Shown here: positions 12,645 to 25,800 of the stretch, piece by piece
Numbering within the stretch: position 1 is the first letter of the stretch
Layout of the letters: each line of letters starts with the position of its first letter
NCBI RefSeq assembly: GCF_003918875.1
Contig: NW_025766966.1
Location: 62,001-126,000 of the forward strand
DNA length: 64,000 bases
Direction: 5' to 3'
Source: Haliotis rubra
Taxonomy: Eukaryota
Made by a program: the position numbers and the translations under genes
Notes under the pieces: generated by a model
Seen by the model: only the letters and a program-made list of their open reading frames with translations
Database searches by the model: none
What the model was told of the DNA's origin: nothing

Positions 12645-13919
12645 TTAAGTATTTTATTGGGTGTAAGAGCTCAATGGACAGAAATCCAAATTACTGAGAA
12701 TAATATGTGACCCTATGATAATTTGGAATAAAACAAATCCGTTTTCAGGAAGAATGATAATGAATATCAATATGAAAGTAGATCACCTATTATCATGGTG
12801 GGGCTACAGTAGCACATCCACTCACAATTTTAAAGTCAGTTCTATTACTGGGCAAACTCCTCATCACTGTTACTGTCTTTTCCTGAGGAGGAATTACCTT
12901 CTTCATCATCTGGTTGATTTGAACAGTCTGTCAGCCTACGTGATTCTGAACACTTCAGCCTGTTCACAAGGCAAATGCACGGAGGCAGAGTACAGTTCTT
13001 GCGACGCAAGCATGAAATGAGTTCTTGGACACTCTCAGGTGCTGGGCTGCCATCCATCCAATCAAAGATCAAATTTTCATTTTCCAGTTTCTATCCATGA
13101 CCAGTAGGTAATGGTATTTCTGGCACCTGTACGAGACTCTTCCTCCATATGGCGCTTTGGCAGTTGGCCCTCTGAATGTGTTTCTGAAGGGCATCAGCGC
13201 ATGGCGGCAGTTGATGGGGCTCAATCTTTACTTTTCTGCTAGCAAAGATTTCATACCTGAACTTGTTCTCCTTCTTTGTGTTAGTCTTTGTAGTATACAT
13301 GAGGCAAGTGAACTCCTCCAGCTGACTCTGAAGACTATTTGATACCTGCATATCACTTCCAAGTTCTTTGATTGTGCCTTGCCAAAGCAGGTCACTTCTT
13401 AAGAGTTTCAAAGCTGATAGTTTTCCCTTGCTAGCAAATGCGCTAACTGAGTCGCATCCTGTGAAGGCATGTAGCCCAGGTAAAGCCTCACAGATAGACT
13501 TACCAAGTGCTGCTGAAATGGTGTGAATGTTGATGTACTGTACTCTCAGTCTTGATCCAGACTTCATGAAGATCTTTGCTTTGATTTTTCACCTATACCA
13601 CAAGCACATCACAAATACATCTGTGTCATCAGAAATCATCAGAATGTTCTGAAAGCCTTGGTCTGCAGTATTAACACTGTGTAGAAGTAGCATTGTGTCT
13701 GCTTCCTCCTGACTTGACAGGATATCTTCAGCTCGGTCTTTGTTGATCATGAAGCACTCCATATTCCTGGTAACCTAAAGCACTCTGTTACCCAACATGT
13801 CTCTGAGTTGAGATAGCTGCCTATCTTTTGAACTATGGCCATGCCATCAAGTATGCAAGCTTAGTGATCTTGAGGAATTTCTTCGACAGCTGGAATGGTC
13901 TTCTACAGTTCCTTAGCTA

Positions 13920-15723
13920 CAGTCCGTTTGAGTCAGAAACGGACCGATGAATTGGAAATTTGATCATTCTACAAAATTGCCACAGAAATATAAATACAAC
14001 TGTAGTACACATGTTTATCATTTACTAATACCCAACAGCTTTCTTATATTTGAAAATTTTCCGGTCTCCACCAAAAAAGTTGTTTAAGAAACAATCATCC
14101 TTGAAAACGCAAAAGTTGTTATCTGTCGCGGCAGGGTGAAACCGCAGAAACGGAACAGCCAGTCATGGCGGGGGACATCTCAAAATCTATTTCGGGAGAC
14201 CTGTCGGTTCCTCGTCCGTCGTAGTGTCATAGTCACGACTTAAAGGGATGACAAGTGGTGCCACAGTTGCTTTTGTAAGCCATCCCGAGACCAGTAACCT
14301 TGTTCAATGACGTTAGCTACCTTGCTGACACAGTTTTGCCAAGTTTCAGTCGTGATTTTGTTAAGGGATTCCTTAACCAAAACCTCTACGTCAGGTAATC
14401 TAAAAGGTGTGTTTGATCTGGCAACATCTCCTTTGACAATACCCCATAGCATTTCAATGGGGTTAAGGACACAGTGATAGGGTGGAAGTTGCAGAATATC
14501 GTGACCCTTACTTTTTATGTAACTGTCAACTTTGTAGAAAGGTTCACCTTTGTGGGTTTTTATGATCTCATATAGCTGAGGCCGTGCGATCTGAAATTTG
14601 TCGAGCCATGATATCATATCACCTTTTCGACTGTTCGATGTCGGGGCTTTACTGTCGGGGTCCTGCACGCTGTGGTATGGGGCATTGTTCATTACGATAA
14701 AAGACTTCTCTGGTAGAGCTGGTACCAACTTGTTTTTAACGCAATCGAGGAAAACCGCACCATTCATCTCGGAATGGTAGTCTCTGTTATCTGTGGACTT
14801 TGCCCTGAATACCAAGTCATAGCCTTGGAGAAAGCCTTTGCTGTAGCAACCGGCATGGAGAATGATTAGACGCAAACTGGTACCCACTGACCCAACGGGT
14901 ACCCACTGACTGCTGGCAGTGTGCGAGGCATTGACCCAGGCCTCGTCCAAGTACACTGGCTCGAACCGTTCCTCGCACTTCTTCTTTATAACCCTGAGAA
15001 AATTAGTTCTCAAGCGAACGATATCAGGGCGTTCACAGAGTACTGACCTATTCTCCCCCGAAATTTTCTTATAACGATACCTGAAAGAGTGTAAGAGTCG
15101 CCAGAGTGTGTACTTTGATACTCTGAGGTTGTGTTCTTGCTTCAAATGCTTTTTAAAAATTTTCAGCGACATGTATTTGTTTTGAGAATAGAGCTTGTTG
15201 ATAGACTGCCTTACAAGGTTCTTTTGAAAGTTGTCCAAATGTTTTAATTTGTGTGATTTTGACACGACCCCTACCTGCTTCGCATCACCCTCACAATGTT
15301 TGTGTTCCAGAACATTTGTCAGTAGCCTTGCTGATACTCCTAAAGCTTTTGCTGCCCGCTTACGGAATTTATTAATGGCATAAAATGGTTTGCCCATTTC
15401 GGCTTCAGCACGGAAAAAATCCGTACACTTTAATCATCAACTGTTTCACGTCAGCATTCAACTTCATGTTTCATCAGGCATGTGTATCCCGTGCACGACG
15501 AGATAGTGGCTGTTCCGTTTCTGCGGTTTCACCCCACCTCGACAGATAACAACTTTTTCGTTTTCAGTGATGATAGTTTCTTAAACAACTTTTTTTTTCA
15601 AATATAAGAAAGCTGTCGGGTATAAGTAAATGATAAACATGTGAACTATTTATATTTATGTGGCAATTTTGTACAATGATATAATTTGCAATTCATCGGT
15701 CCGTTTCTGACTCAAACGGACTG
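13920..15723 (-). mobile_element. IS630-Tc1-mariner element with long TIRs (Sailor/DD~82E-like)
   Basis: TA-flanked ends cagtccgtttgagtcagaaacggaccgatgaattg / caattcatcggtccgtttctgactcaaacggactg. Imperfect TIRs extend roughly 200-240 bp. Encodes a transposase. Confidence 0.9.
14240..15397 (-). CDS. DDE transposase (likely inactive; second Asp replaced by Asn, N-terminus frameshifted from ATG at 15467)
   Basis: YLDEAW, RLIILHAG, DYHSEMN, IVM(N)NAPYHS, LPPYHCVLNPIE.W; 77 residues between the second catalytic position and E. Confidence 0.85.
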   Translation of the reverse strand: MGKPFYAINKFRKRAAKALGVSARLLTNVLEHKHCEGDAKQVGVVSKSHKLKHLDNFQKNLVRQSINKLYSQNKYMSLKIFKKHLKQEHNLRVSKYTLWRLLHSFRYRYKKISGENRSVLCERPDIVRLRTNFLRVIKKKCEERFEPVYLDEAWVNASHTASSQWVPVGSVGTSLRLIILHAGCYSKGFLQGYDLVFRAKSTDNRDYHSEMNGAVFLDCVKNKLVPALPEKSFIVMNNAPYHSVQDPDSKAPTSNSRKGDMISWLDKFQIARPQLYEIIKTHKGEPFYKVDSYIKSKGHDILQLPPYHCVLNPIEMLWGIVKGDVARSNTPFRLPDVEVLVKESLNKITTETWQNCVSKVANVIEQGYWSRDGLQKQLWHHLSSL

Positions 15724-16994
15724 TAGTGTTGCCTTTGTTGTCTTGCGCAGCGTACCATCAGATGTAGCTACGGACCAGGGAAAGAGTCCTAGAGGATGCT
15801 CTCTCATGTCCAGCTTTCTTGTCTGAGCCATCATAAGCATTGTGCCAAAAATGTTTATGGTTGTCTTCAGCACAACTTCTCTTCCATTTGTTTTCACTTT
15901 TCTTGATTTGCAGATACTCGAGAAAGTTTTCAATGTTTTGCTTTGAAAGCTTGTCAAAGAATTTTGATGAGTTTGTTTCTGACATTTTCTCTTTCTTGAA
16001 ATCATCATAATCATCTTTCCCTGACTTTTGTGCTCTCATTAGATCCTTTGAGACATCAGATGGAGCAAAAGTTGCTCTGGCGATGTTGATTAGCCCAGAG
16101 TCCAGATTACCATCTGTCCAATGACATGAACTGCCTGTTCATCCTTTTGAATTCTTGTTTTCTGCGACTCAGCGTGACTGAATGATCTTGATTAAGTTCA
16201 AGCAAACCTCTGAACAGGTGAATATATTTACTCCTATGCTCCGCTGTAAGGTAAAATCGGTTGACTGGTCCTGACTTGCTGCTGAAGCAGCAAGTACTTC
16301 CTGCAGTTTGAGTGTCTTTGTTTACCGTTTCTTCAGTTGTTTAATTCATAGGAATTCTTCCGAAGGTGTTCTTGACTCCAAAGTTTTGTGATCTCCAGCA
16401 CTTCTGCCATTGACTCATTTTCTTTTTCATGTTTCGCTAAATCCCTCTTCATGATAAATATCTGCCTACATTTTCTGTGGTAGTAAACATTTGGTATACT
16501 ACCTTCTGGCAAATGTTCACATAAATCAAAGATTTCTTTGTTTCCTTTCAACTTGGAAGCCCTGTGAAGCGTAGTCGATGACTCAAGATCTCTTGGTAAC
16601 ACGAGATTGGACGAGGGATCTTCTTTGCCAGTATGAATCATGCACTCGGGCATTGTCATGATGATGAAGTAACATCTGGAAACGATAAGGATTGTCAGGT
16701 TAATTTTTGAGACACATCACTTATGAATTATAATTTTGTTAACATGAAGTATATTGTTAATTATAACACTATGATATTATATTTGTTTCTCTGTTGAATG
16801 TAGCTTGCACATCAATAAGCAGAACTATTGTTATTATCTTAGACATTATCATTATAAACTCAAGGACAGCAAAGAAAAAAAGCGGAAATGTACAGCATGC
16901 AGTTTCATGTTGTAATATATTTTAAAATAAAAATATTTAACAATAAGTAAAACACTCTTTTTCACATTTAGAGCATATTCATTTTGTCTTTCCG

Positions 16995-17562
16995 TGATGG
17001 CTGGCAGAGGACTTATCGTCGCAATGGAGAGAGCGAATCACAGATGCTACTGTAACCAGGCATAACCGATTGGGCGGGGGTTGGTCATGGTTTGGGTAGG
17101 GATCATTCCTACTAGACGTATTCCACGTGGTCGACGGTAATCTTACCAGACCGCGTTATCGGAGATTCTGACTCCTAAAGCAGTATCATTCCTGGAAGCT
17201 ATGCATGGCTCTTATGGTCGACCCTCTTTACTGCAAGACGACAATGCTAGGCCCCATAGGGCCAGGATTGTCACGGAATTCTTCAGGCAGCAGGATGTAG
17301 AGTGGATGGAGTGGCCAGCATGCTTGCCAGACTTCAACCCAGTTGAGTATGCCTGGGATGAAGCCAGTCGACGTGTGTACACGTCACCCAGCACCAATGG
17401 ATCTCCAAGGACTTTGCTAGTGTTGTTTGAACTTTTTGTGTGTATGTCCCGATGTGTCACGTTTGTCAACACATGAAACATTAAGATGACACTATTATTT
17501 CTGACAAACTTTTCTTTACATGTGGTACATATCATTTGACCCCTTATTTATAACAGCTAGTA
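16995..17562 (+). mobile_element. Tc1 relic, catalytic half and right end
   Basis: GGG.VMVW.GI, LQDDNARPHRAR, MEWPA..PDFNPVEYAWD; terminus shared with the relic ending at 1160. Confidence 0.8.
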
Positions 17563-17664
17563 TAGTTGCCAGAAACTTTGATTTTCAAATAATTTCGGCA
17601 TGATCACAGAAAATGAAAAATGAACACACACGTATAAGAAAATATCATGTCCTCATAAGTTTGA

Positions 17665-17700
17665 AACACACGCGCGCGCGCGCACGCACACACACACGTA
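17665..17700. repeat. (CA)n/(CG)n alternating purine-pyrimidine microsatellite
   Basis: acacacacgcgcgcgcgcgcacgcacacacacacgta. Confidence 0.9.
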
Positions 17701-18664
17701 CACTGAATCTTCATATGATAATGGACCTCCTTTTACTTCTTTATGTAATCGACCTTATATGTAAACCGTTTCAATTCACAAAATGTAATCCATACTTACA
17801 TGCAATATGATGAGTTACGTAAAATACGACACATGCAGTACTCACCTGCTTGACACCTTCCCTTTTCTGGCAGAAGAGGCCAACATATATATACATTGAT
17901 ATCATATCAACCTGAATGTGTCACTCCTCACTGACAGGAAAGAAAGCAAACAAAGAAGATGACTTAAACCGAGTGTTAGTTGTTGAGATGAGGTTTACCA
18001 AGGGCATTCTCCTTGACACCTCAGTTTGATCGATTGAGGTTAGGTACAGCCTTATCCAGTGAAGAGTGCGGCCCTGAAACATGACTGCAGTGCCCATACT
18101 TCAAAACTCCATATGCAAGACTGTTTGAGCCGAATATCTGTCTTTTAACATATGGAAAAGCGAATTTATGTTGACTGTTTGTTACCATGGAAGCACAAAA
18201 ATACCAGAGGCACCAGTTAATCATATGCTTGATAAAATACGTTAAGTTTCATGAAACACGTTAAATGGTTTCCAAAGTTACGAAATGTGAAAGACGCACA
18301 GCACCCATTACTTTGCGACAGTAACTGGATGTGTTGATGAAATTGTGATGATAATTCAGAGAGACAGAAAAGGCAGATCATGACTGAAGCAATGGAAACC
18401 TTTAGTGATGGGCAGGAATCCTAGTTTGGCTCAACCATGTTTCTAGGTTTTCTGCCACACCTGTGCTCGGTTGTTTCAACAAACAGGTACACGTCTCAGA
18501 CCTGAATTACTTTGTGACTTCCTCCCGAAACTGATACGCCGTGCTACGACTGGAATACTGTTTACAGCGGTGTTTACGGCCGCTTCCGGCTAGTGGATAA
18601 AGCGCCGGTCGGGACAGCAGAATGTTGGTTATACGACCCCTGCCCCATCACCCCAATAAACATT

Positions 18665-19145
18665 TAGAGAAAGAGAGAATATATGAGTGGTGACATATAC
18701 TGCAGTGTCCAGCCTGAGGCCACACATGTGTGCATTTTTTCATTTCTTGATATCCTGCGCTATAACCATGTCACTACGATAATACAGTGCTCAACTATTG
18801 TGTGAGGAGCAATAACGTGACTAAGAAAACCCATTAACTAAAACAGCTGGCCGCATTACAGACAACATTGCTACATGTGCGTGATATTCCACCATTCTTT
18901 GATCACTCGCAGACCAATTATTTACTCGTTGAGTTGGCACAAACCTGTTTATGTCATCAGGATCGAAGCTCCAGAAGAATATTGATTGCAGCCTGTAGCA
19001 ATGGACAAAACTTTCGAATCATTGTATAGATTTTATAGGAACAAATCGAAATCGTTTATTTCGATGAAAGATGTATCCACTCGTGAATCATGACTAATAG
19101 GTTGTTTGTTCCGGATACACATTATTTCTGAAGTTGAACTATCTG
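18665..19145 (+). repeat. Copy 1 of an inverted ~480-bp repeat pair (partner 23265-23740)
   Basis: acattgctacatgtgcgtgatattccaccattctttgatcactcgcagaccaatta is near-identical to the reverse complement of 23489-23545; homology extends on both sides. Confidence 0.8.
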
Positions 19146-19934
19146 CAGAGCTTTTTAATTGAACGTACTTCCGCTGAATCACTGCCGACGTAACTTCTCT
19201 TTCCGGAAATCATTCTCCTGCCAAAACATTTGCTCAGATGTTAAATATATACGTTATGGATTAAGCAGAAACAAACTACATGAGTACATATGTATATAAG
19301 TACTTATCCTACAAACTAAACAGCAAATAAATAAATGTAACAATATTGTATAATAGAATCAATATAATCAATGGAAAATACAAATATTACAATATGCCAA
19401 ATCATGATCCAGCAATCAGCAGATGAGCTATTTAATGTTTGCCCAATCAAGTTTTTTTTAAATAACGTTTCTGTTTACAGTGACCTATCAAAAAAACATG
19501 TTATTAGATCAATATAACGACAACTTAAAAACATAAATTGAAAAGAAACATAGGATGCTGTACACAAACTCCGATTTTTAAGTATCTAATACCAATGCTA
19601 ATATTATTGTTTGTGCAACATGTGAATTTCGGATTCAACGATTTATGAATTAAATACCCTGTAATAACCTATATAGATTGTAGCATCATATTGACAGCAT
19701 TGAGTTGGGGGCTCTGTTCATATATCTTACCTTTCTTTAATACAGTTGCTCTTTTTAGTTAACAGGTCAAAGGCGTAAAACAAAAACCACATTTTTAAAA
19801 TGTCTCATTATTACTTTTTAGTAATGTATATCTTTCATTGTCCCGAGAAGATACGGAACATTAAAGTAAATTTAGCTCTACCATTATCGTAGTATATTTG
19901 TTATGTGATGTCTAAATTTGAATACAATCACCGC

Positions 19935-20210
19935 CGACTGAAGGGATGGTGTAAATCAAGCAAGGGTTCATGCAGGTAGCAAGTCACCATGGTCCCCACT
20001 ATTTTGATCGACTTTCAGTTCATTGCGATCTATAGCCCGTTTTATAGTGTTTTCTCAATAATGATATAACCTACATGCTAGTCTTAAATCTGGTGATATT
20101 ATGGTGGTTTTACAGGCTTTTGCAACATTTTGTATACTCGAACTTATATAATATCAATGTATAAAATGTTTTAGTCACGATATGGCTCAACTATTACCGA
20201 TGTCACTATA
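19935..20210 (+). mobile_element. Non-LTR family C fragment
   Basis: gactgaagggatggtgtaaatc...catgcaggtagc...gtcacgatatggc..ccgatgtcac. Confidence 0.6.
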
Positions 20211-20630
20211 AATCTATATATTTAAAGAGCTTTCAACTTTACTGCTCTTTCTGTATTAAATCCTAACGTATAAATGAAGTCTTTATACACAATCCTTATA
20301 AAGGTTCGGAGAAGTAATTATTTCAGGTGGGGCGGTGACCATCTTCTATGTATTTTGCAGGAAGTAAACATTGGCTTTCACACATTGTGGGGAATCGAAC
20401 CCGGGTCTTTGGCGTGAGCAGCGAACGCTTTAACCACTAGGCTATGGATAGATTACATCTTTATTGTAACAGATGCAACGTTTCTGTGTACATGCTAACA
20501 CTGTTATCAAGCAAGTGATACACAACATTAGGGACAAGGAGGATAGATACATGAAGGATATTAGAGTTTATAGAATTGAGGATGTTGATGTACAGTGTGA
20601 TGACATTACTAATAGTTGTTGTTATAATAG

Positions 20631-20874
20631 TGAGTGAGTGAGTTTAGTTTTACGCCGCACCCAGCAATATTCCAGCTATATGGCGGCGGTTTGTAAATAA
20701 TCGTGTCTGGACCAGACAATCCAGTCATCAACAGCATGAGTATGGATCTGCACAATTGGGAACCGATGACATGTGTCAACCAAGTCAGCGAGCCTGACCA
20801 CCCGATCCCGTTAGTCGCCCCTTACACTAGCATGGGTTACTGAAGATCAATATTCTAACCCGGACCTTCACGGG
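20631..20874 (-). mobile_element. SINE family A, full length
   Basis: Full consensus; TSD tgttataatag at 20620-30 and 20878-88. Confidence 0.9.
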
Positions 20875-21618
20875 TCGTGTTATAATAGATAATGGCTATG
20901 AATCCAGATGAACAAAAAGGTAAAACTGATGGTAGTTTTGATTTGTGATTTTAGTTAATGGCTATGTAGCTAGATGAATAGGGCCGCTTCATCTTGATTG
21001 GCCTTCAATTTATGATAGTAAGCCGTGAGGATGTAATAACCTTGTAATACCACTCAACGAAGTAATGTGCGAACCAGGTCTGGGAGAATGACCACCCGAT
21101 CCCGTTAGTTGTCAAGCATTAAAGCAGACACGATTAAGCAGATGACCCTGTTAATGTTACGTCCCACGGGGAATGTTTTATCTATAACCTAGACTACACA
21201 TCCCCACCTCTGAAATCTAGTTTCTATTTAATCTCCACTTTCTCCAGCTGAACACCCAAGTACCTCGCCGTCCATCTCATCCTCTTCCTCCGTGAATACC
21301 AAACCCGTTACTGGAGATGCCATCGCTGTTCTGGAAGACTCAATGTCATAAAACGCATGAAATCGCATAAAAAGGTGTATGATAAACGCATGTGCAACAA
21401 TATCTTCATACCTAGTGGAAGGCCGGCCTAACGACCCAACGCACCCAGATTACATGGGCCATGCAATTCGTCCATGGATAATGCGATACCTTCCTGTAAA
21501 GTTATCAGTCATATTATTCAGCCACTGGCATTGTGGGTTTCCTTTACCTATGGTAAGACCTAAACCCTTCCGCTTTAGGTCTGCATCGTCCACATAGTGA
21601 TGAGTGTGGTAAGTTGAG

Positions 21619-21860
21619 TGAGTGGGTGAGTTAGGTTTACGCCACACTCAGCAATATTCCAGCTATATGGCGGCGGTCTGTAAATAATCGAGTCTGCACC
21701 ACATAATCCAGTGATCAACAGCATGATCATCGATCTGCGCAATTGGGAACCGACGACATATGCCAACCAAGTCAGCGAGCCTGAACACCCGATCCCGTTA
21801 GTCGCCTCTTACGACAAGCATGGGTTACTGAAGGCAAATTCTAACCCGGACCTTCACGGG
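21619..21860 (-). mobile_element. SINE family A, full length
   Basis: 14-bp TSD tgtggt(a/c)agttgag at 21605-18 and 21861-74, directly abutting the CCCGTG 5' end. Confidence 0.92.
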
Positions 21861-23102
21861 TGTGGTCAGTTGAGATCAAATGGGGTTTTAAGTTGAGATC
21901 AAGAAAATTTAAACGTTTTCTATCTCTGGTATTGGATACATGTTTCCTAAAAATAAACGGTTTCGATTTGCTACTATACTGGTGGAAAAAAGGGCGATGG
22001 TACTGTTATAGGGACTAATTCAGAACAGCCATCGTCCAAATATTTAAAAAGTAAAAAAACTATGTAGTCAAGACATGTGAGACTTTATTGAAATTATTTA
22101 TACGACTTTATTGTAATCATTTATTGTAAATATTTATATATAATTATTTATATAATCTGTATTCTATCTAATCCTTATCACTTCTGCATTGTACATTGAC
22201 TTGTCAGGCAATTCATTACTGTATAGGACATTTATAACCTTAATTGGTCATCCCCCTTGGCCGTGTCTGCCATCACATCAACTGGTCAAAGAAGTGCTAT
22301 TGTTTTTCTGTCCATTGTTGAGTCGTCGCCTGTCCATTGTTGTCAAGAACTGTATATATATGCTCACATATACATTGTCAAAGGGTACGAGTCCGGTACT
22401 TCGACTGTCTGTAGGGACGACCACGAGCAGGAGAATGCCGCTCGTAGGAAACGCCCTGGGGTTGAGCAGGTACTCCGCTCACCTCATTTATGTCTTGTGT
22501 ATTTGTTTGTCATGTAACTAAAGAAGTTTGAACTCAACGTATTCCTTCGTCTTGTCAATGTATTGTACGTACACTTCGTCTTAATTCCGAGCTAATGCCC
22601 CAGTCGACGCGTATCTACGCGTTGACAGTACTCTCGTGTGTATCCCTAGTCAATGTCTTTTTACCATCAAACACATATTAGACTGTTTGGATACTACATT
22701 GATAGATCAATATTTCAATGTTTCTACTTTATAACAACTTTTACTTAAGCTCATGCTTACAAGATTCTATGATTTTTTAAAGAAATTGATGGTTATATAG
22801 TCGTTAATCTAATCAGCTTGTTTGCTTTGTCTGCCATGACTGATAATTTACATGATGTTTGATGTCACACTTTTATGATTGTTCTTTATGTGCAATAAAG
22901 AAAAGCTGGAAAATTGCTGATGCGGCTTTAATGATATTTATTTATTCATTATTTAGATATCGAAGTTATATTGAGTAAAACTGAATGTTTTGTCGTTCAT
23001 GTCAAAATGTATTACAAAAGAGATACAGGCAATAGGTCACCGGTGGTTGAAACGGTTCAATGGCTACCTAATACACTAAGGCTTAGTCTCCGAATATATA
23101 TA

Positions 23103-23231
23103 TACTGGACAAAAATAGTTAGGGATATATGTAAATTTTGAAATTATGAATTATGATCTATTTATATATTGACACACTGATAAAATATCACTCACAAAAA
23201 TACCAATATCCCTAACTTATTTTGTCCAGTA
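23103..23231. mobile_element. Tc1-type MITE (~130 bp)
   Basis: TIR tactggacaaaaatagttagggatat / atatccctaacttattttgtccagta, in a TA context. Confidence 0.8.
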
Positions 23232-23264
23232 TATATATAAACCATTGCAAAAAGTTCCCTACGT

Positions 23265-23740
23265 CAACAGGTCAACTTCACAAATAACGCTGGCGGAACA
23301 CACAACCTGTTTGTAGTCACTCACCAGTGGATACACCTTTCGTCGAAGTAAACGGTTTCGATTTGTTCCTATAAAATCTATACCATGATTCGAACGTTTC
23401 GTCCATGCCTTAGAGGCTACTATCAATATTCTCCTGGAGATTCGATCGTGATGACATAAACTGATTTTGTCCCGACTTGACGAGTACTTAATTGGTCTGC
23501 GAGTGATCAAAGAATGGTGGAATGTCACGCACATGTAGCAATGTTCCTAATACTGGATGTTGTCAATAACGCATCCAGCTGTGTCAGATAATGGGTATTC
23601 CCACTCACATTACAAAGTAGTTGTGCATTGGAGCATTGTTATGACATGGTTATAGCATGGGGTATCAAGAAATGAATACATGTGTGGCCTGCAATCAGGG
23701 CATTGCAGTAAATGTCAACACATTCTCTCGCTCTCTCTGA
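23265..23740 (-). repeat. Copy 2 of the inverted repeat pair (partner 18665-19145)
   Basis: See the partner feature. Confidence 0.8.
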
Positions 23741-24999
23741 GGGTGGTGACAAGGTTTCCAGGCCAGTGCCACTGTCATTGGATCCAAGATTGTCTCCTCA
23801 AGAATCCCAGACAATACTTCAACCTTCACCGCTGAGGCCAAAGCTATCTCTACAGTTGTGACCTGTAGCAAACAACAAAACCATTCTGAAAATGTGACGT
23901 TTATGCTGGATTTGTGTCTATGCGTGAACTTGGACTTGTCGGCATATACCCTGGACAGCCGATGCCACGCTAAATCTGAACTCACTCCCTCTGTAAATCT
24001 TTTACAGGTTTATGCTCAGGACTTGAACTAATAAACTCAGTGTTCTCTTTGTTATACTATAATCTAATCTCGTTTAATAGAAACCTGTTAACAAGAAAAC
24101 AAAAACGGATAAGTAGACGCTTTGTTGGAATCACCGCATACTGGCAACTTGAACTAGACATGAGATATACATGCACACACTCTGGTATTTCATGGCAGTT
24201 GATTGACGTCTTCAGTTCCTTCAGAAGATGCATTACCTCATTTATGATACTTGGTATGTACCGCGTCTACTTACTATTACTGACAAGGATATTAACCAAT
24301 TAATAGGTACTGTCTCTTTGTGAGTGTTCTTAACTAGAACTAAGTGGCAAGACTGTTTTAGTAGACACTTAGGTCAGTCCAATCATTTCCCACTTAACAG
24401 CGTCTCTGGCGCTTTTACACTCCATAATACATTGTACGATTCCAACTGCGCCAGTATCTGTTAGTGAATGGCTATAAGTATAAAGTATTAAAAGTTCGAA
24501 TTTTAATAATGTCTCCCACATGCCTTCAAAACATCGACCTTTAATTGAAATTATTGATTTTTTTATGGTCTTACCACTTGCAAATACGATATCGTCTTCT
24601 ATTGGCTACCAAGCAATGTTGTAATCAATGGTAACATGGTGTCTGATGCTACAACCAAAGCAGCACTCAACAAATCTGTGACACTACTTCTATTTCCCTG
24701 TACTGATTACAATCCTATTATTGGAACTTTGGTAAGCTAAAGAAAAAAAAAGCTAAAGAAGTGGGACTCCCATGAAGGTATAAATACACCAAATGAAATT
24801 TAATCCAGTACCGTTTTCACCTCCTCGAGTTGTCAGTCTAGATTCGAAGAGGTCATCATGCGACTATGTCGTATTCGCCACAGTAGATATAGATGAATAT
24901 TTATTGAAAGCTTAGGATACTCTGTTTTGTACTCCTTGCGATGAAAGAATCATGGTCTAGCATGTCCTGCATGATCTCATTCAGAAATTTTGATGTACA

Positions 25000-25800
25000 A
25001 AGACATGTATTTATTGAATTGGTAGTTCATGATTAAGAACTGAGATTGTTTGTGATAATCTAGTATTTTTAATGTCCTTCGATGACAGGTTTTTTACGTT
25101 TTAAATTTCTTGATTTTGACATTGACATAAATTGAATTGTTGTCTTCACGATATGGCTGCGATATTGCCGATGTGACGCTAAATATTAACTCACTCACTC
25201 ACTCACTCACTCATAACGGCAGAATATGTATATGCAAAAATCGCCAACACCTGAAGGGGTTGGTGATATCAAGCTACGGTCCATGCAGGTAGCATGTACT
25301 GTCTCAGTGGTCCCTGGCATGGTGATCTACCTTCAGTTGCTGACCATCTATAGCCTGTTTATATTGTATCGTTCTCTATAGTCATATCGACCCGTGAAGA
25401 TCAAGGCTAGAAGTGATCTTCAGTAATCCATGCTTGCGTAAGAGGCGACTTACGGGATCGGGTGGTCAGGCTCGCTGACTTGGTTGACACATGTCATCGG
25501 TTCCCAATTGCGTAGATCGATCATCGTGATGTTGATGACTGGATTGTCTGGTCCAGACTCGATTATTTACTGACCGCCGCCATATACCTGGAATATTGCT
25601 GAATGCGGCGTAAAACTAAACTCACTCACTCAGTATAGTGCTGTCGTTTTATTGAAACATGCAAGTGTTACACCCGTTGTTTACTGTCCCTTGACGACAT
25701 GATGTAATAGCTACTATGTATTTATTATCCAGTCAACTATTGTTCTCGTCACGATGTGGCTGAAATATTGCCAATGTGACGTTAAATATTAACTCACTCA
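25000..25800 (+). mobile_element. Cluster of family C fragments with a nested family A SINE (25391-25632)
   Basis: Two atatggctg..atattgcc.atgtgacg.taaatattaactcactca tails (~25150-25213 and ~25750-25800); family A copy starting cccgtgaagatc at 25391. Confidence 0.8.

Larger units (their letters stand above)
12845..16660 (-). mobile_element. AcademX-like DNA transposon relic (transposase, XPG/FEN1-like nuclease, Cys-rich finger), split by a nested insertion
   Basis: Fragments YH.KCRQ.F; FFDKL.K..LKTF; HPLG..PWS.A..DG.LRKT.KA.L; ILDGMA; SDDTDVFV; LPGLHAFTGCDSVSAF..KGK (H3TH); LPPC.DAL.KH..RAN.Q..IW; PAPESV.ELISC...C..P.C.C...L.C. Multiple stops and frameshifts. Confidence 0.75.

Noticed and set aside
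18925-18970. Hammerhead ribozyme (minus strand CUGAUGA followed by a small stem)
   Set aside because: The GAAA core is missing after stem II, and the paralogous copy lacks CUGAUGA.
21711-21896. Recurrent small ORF MINSM..DLRNWE..(also 52609-52839 and 53990-54214) as a peptide gene family
   Set aside because: It is the antisense reading of SINE family A.
22150-22630. Possible solo LTR
   Set aside because: Composition is LTR-like, but I could not define TG...CA ends with a TSD.
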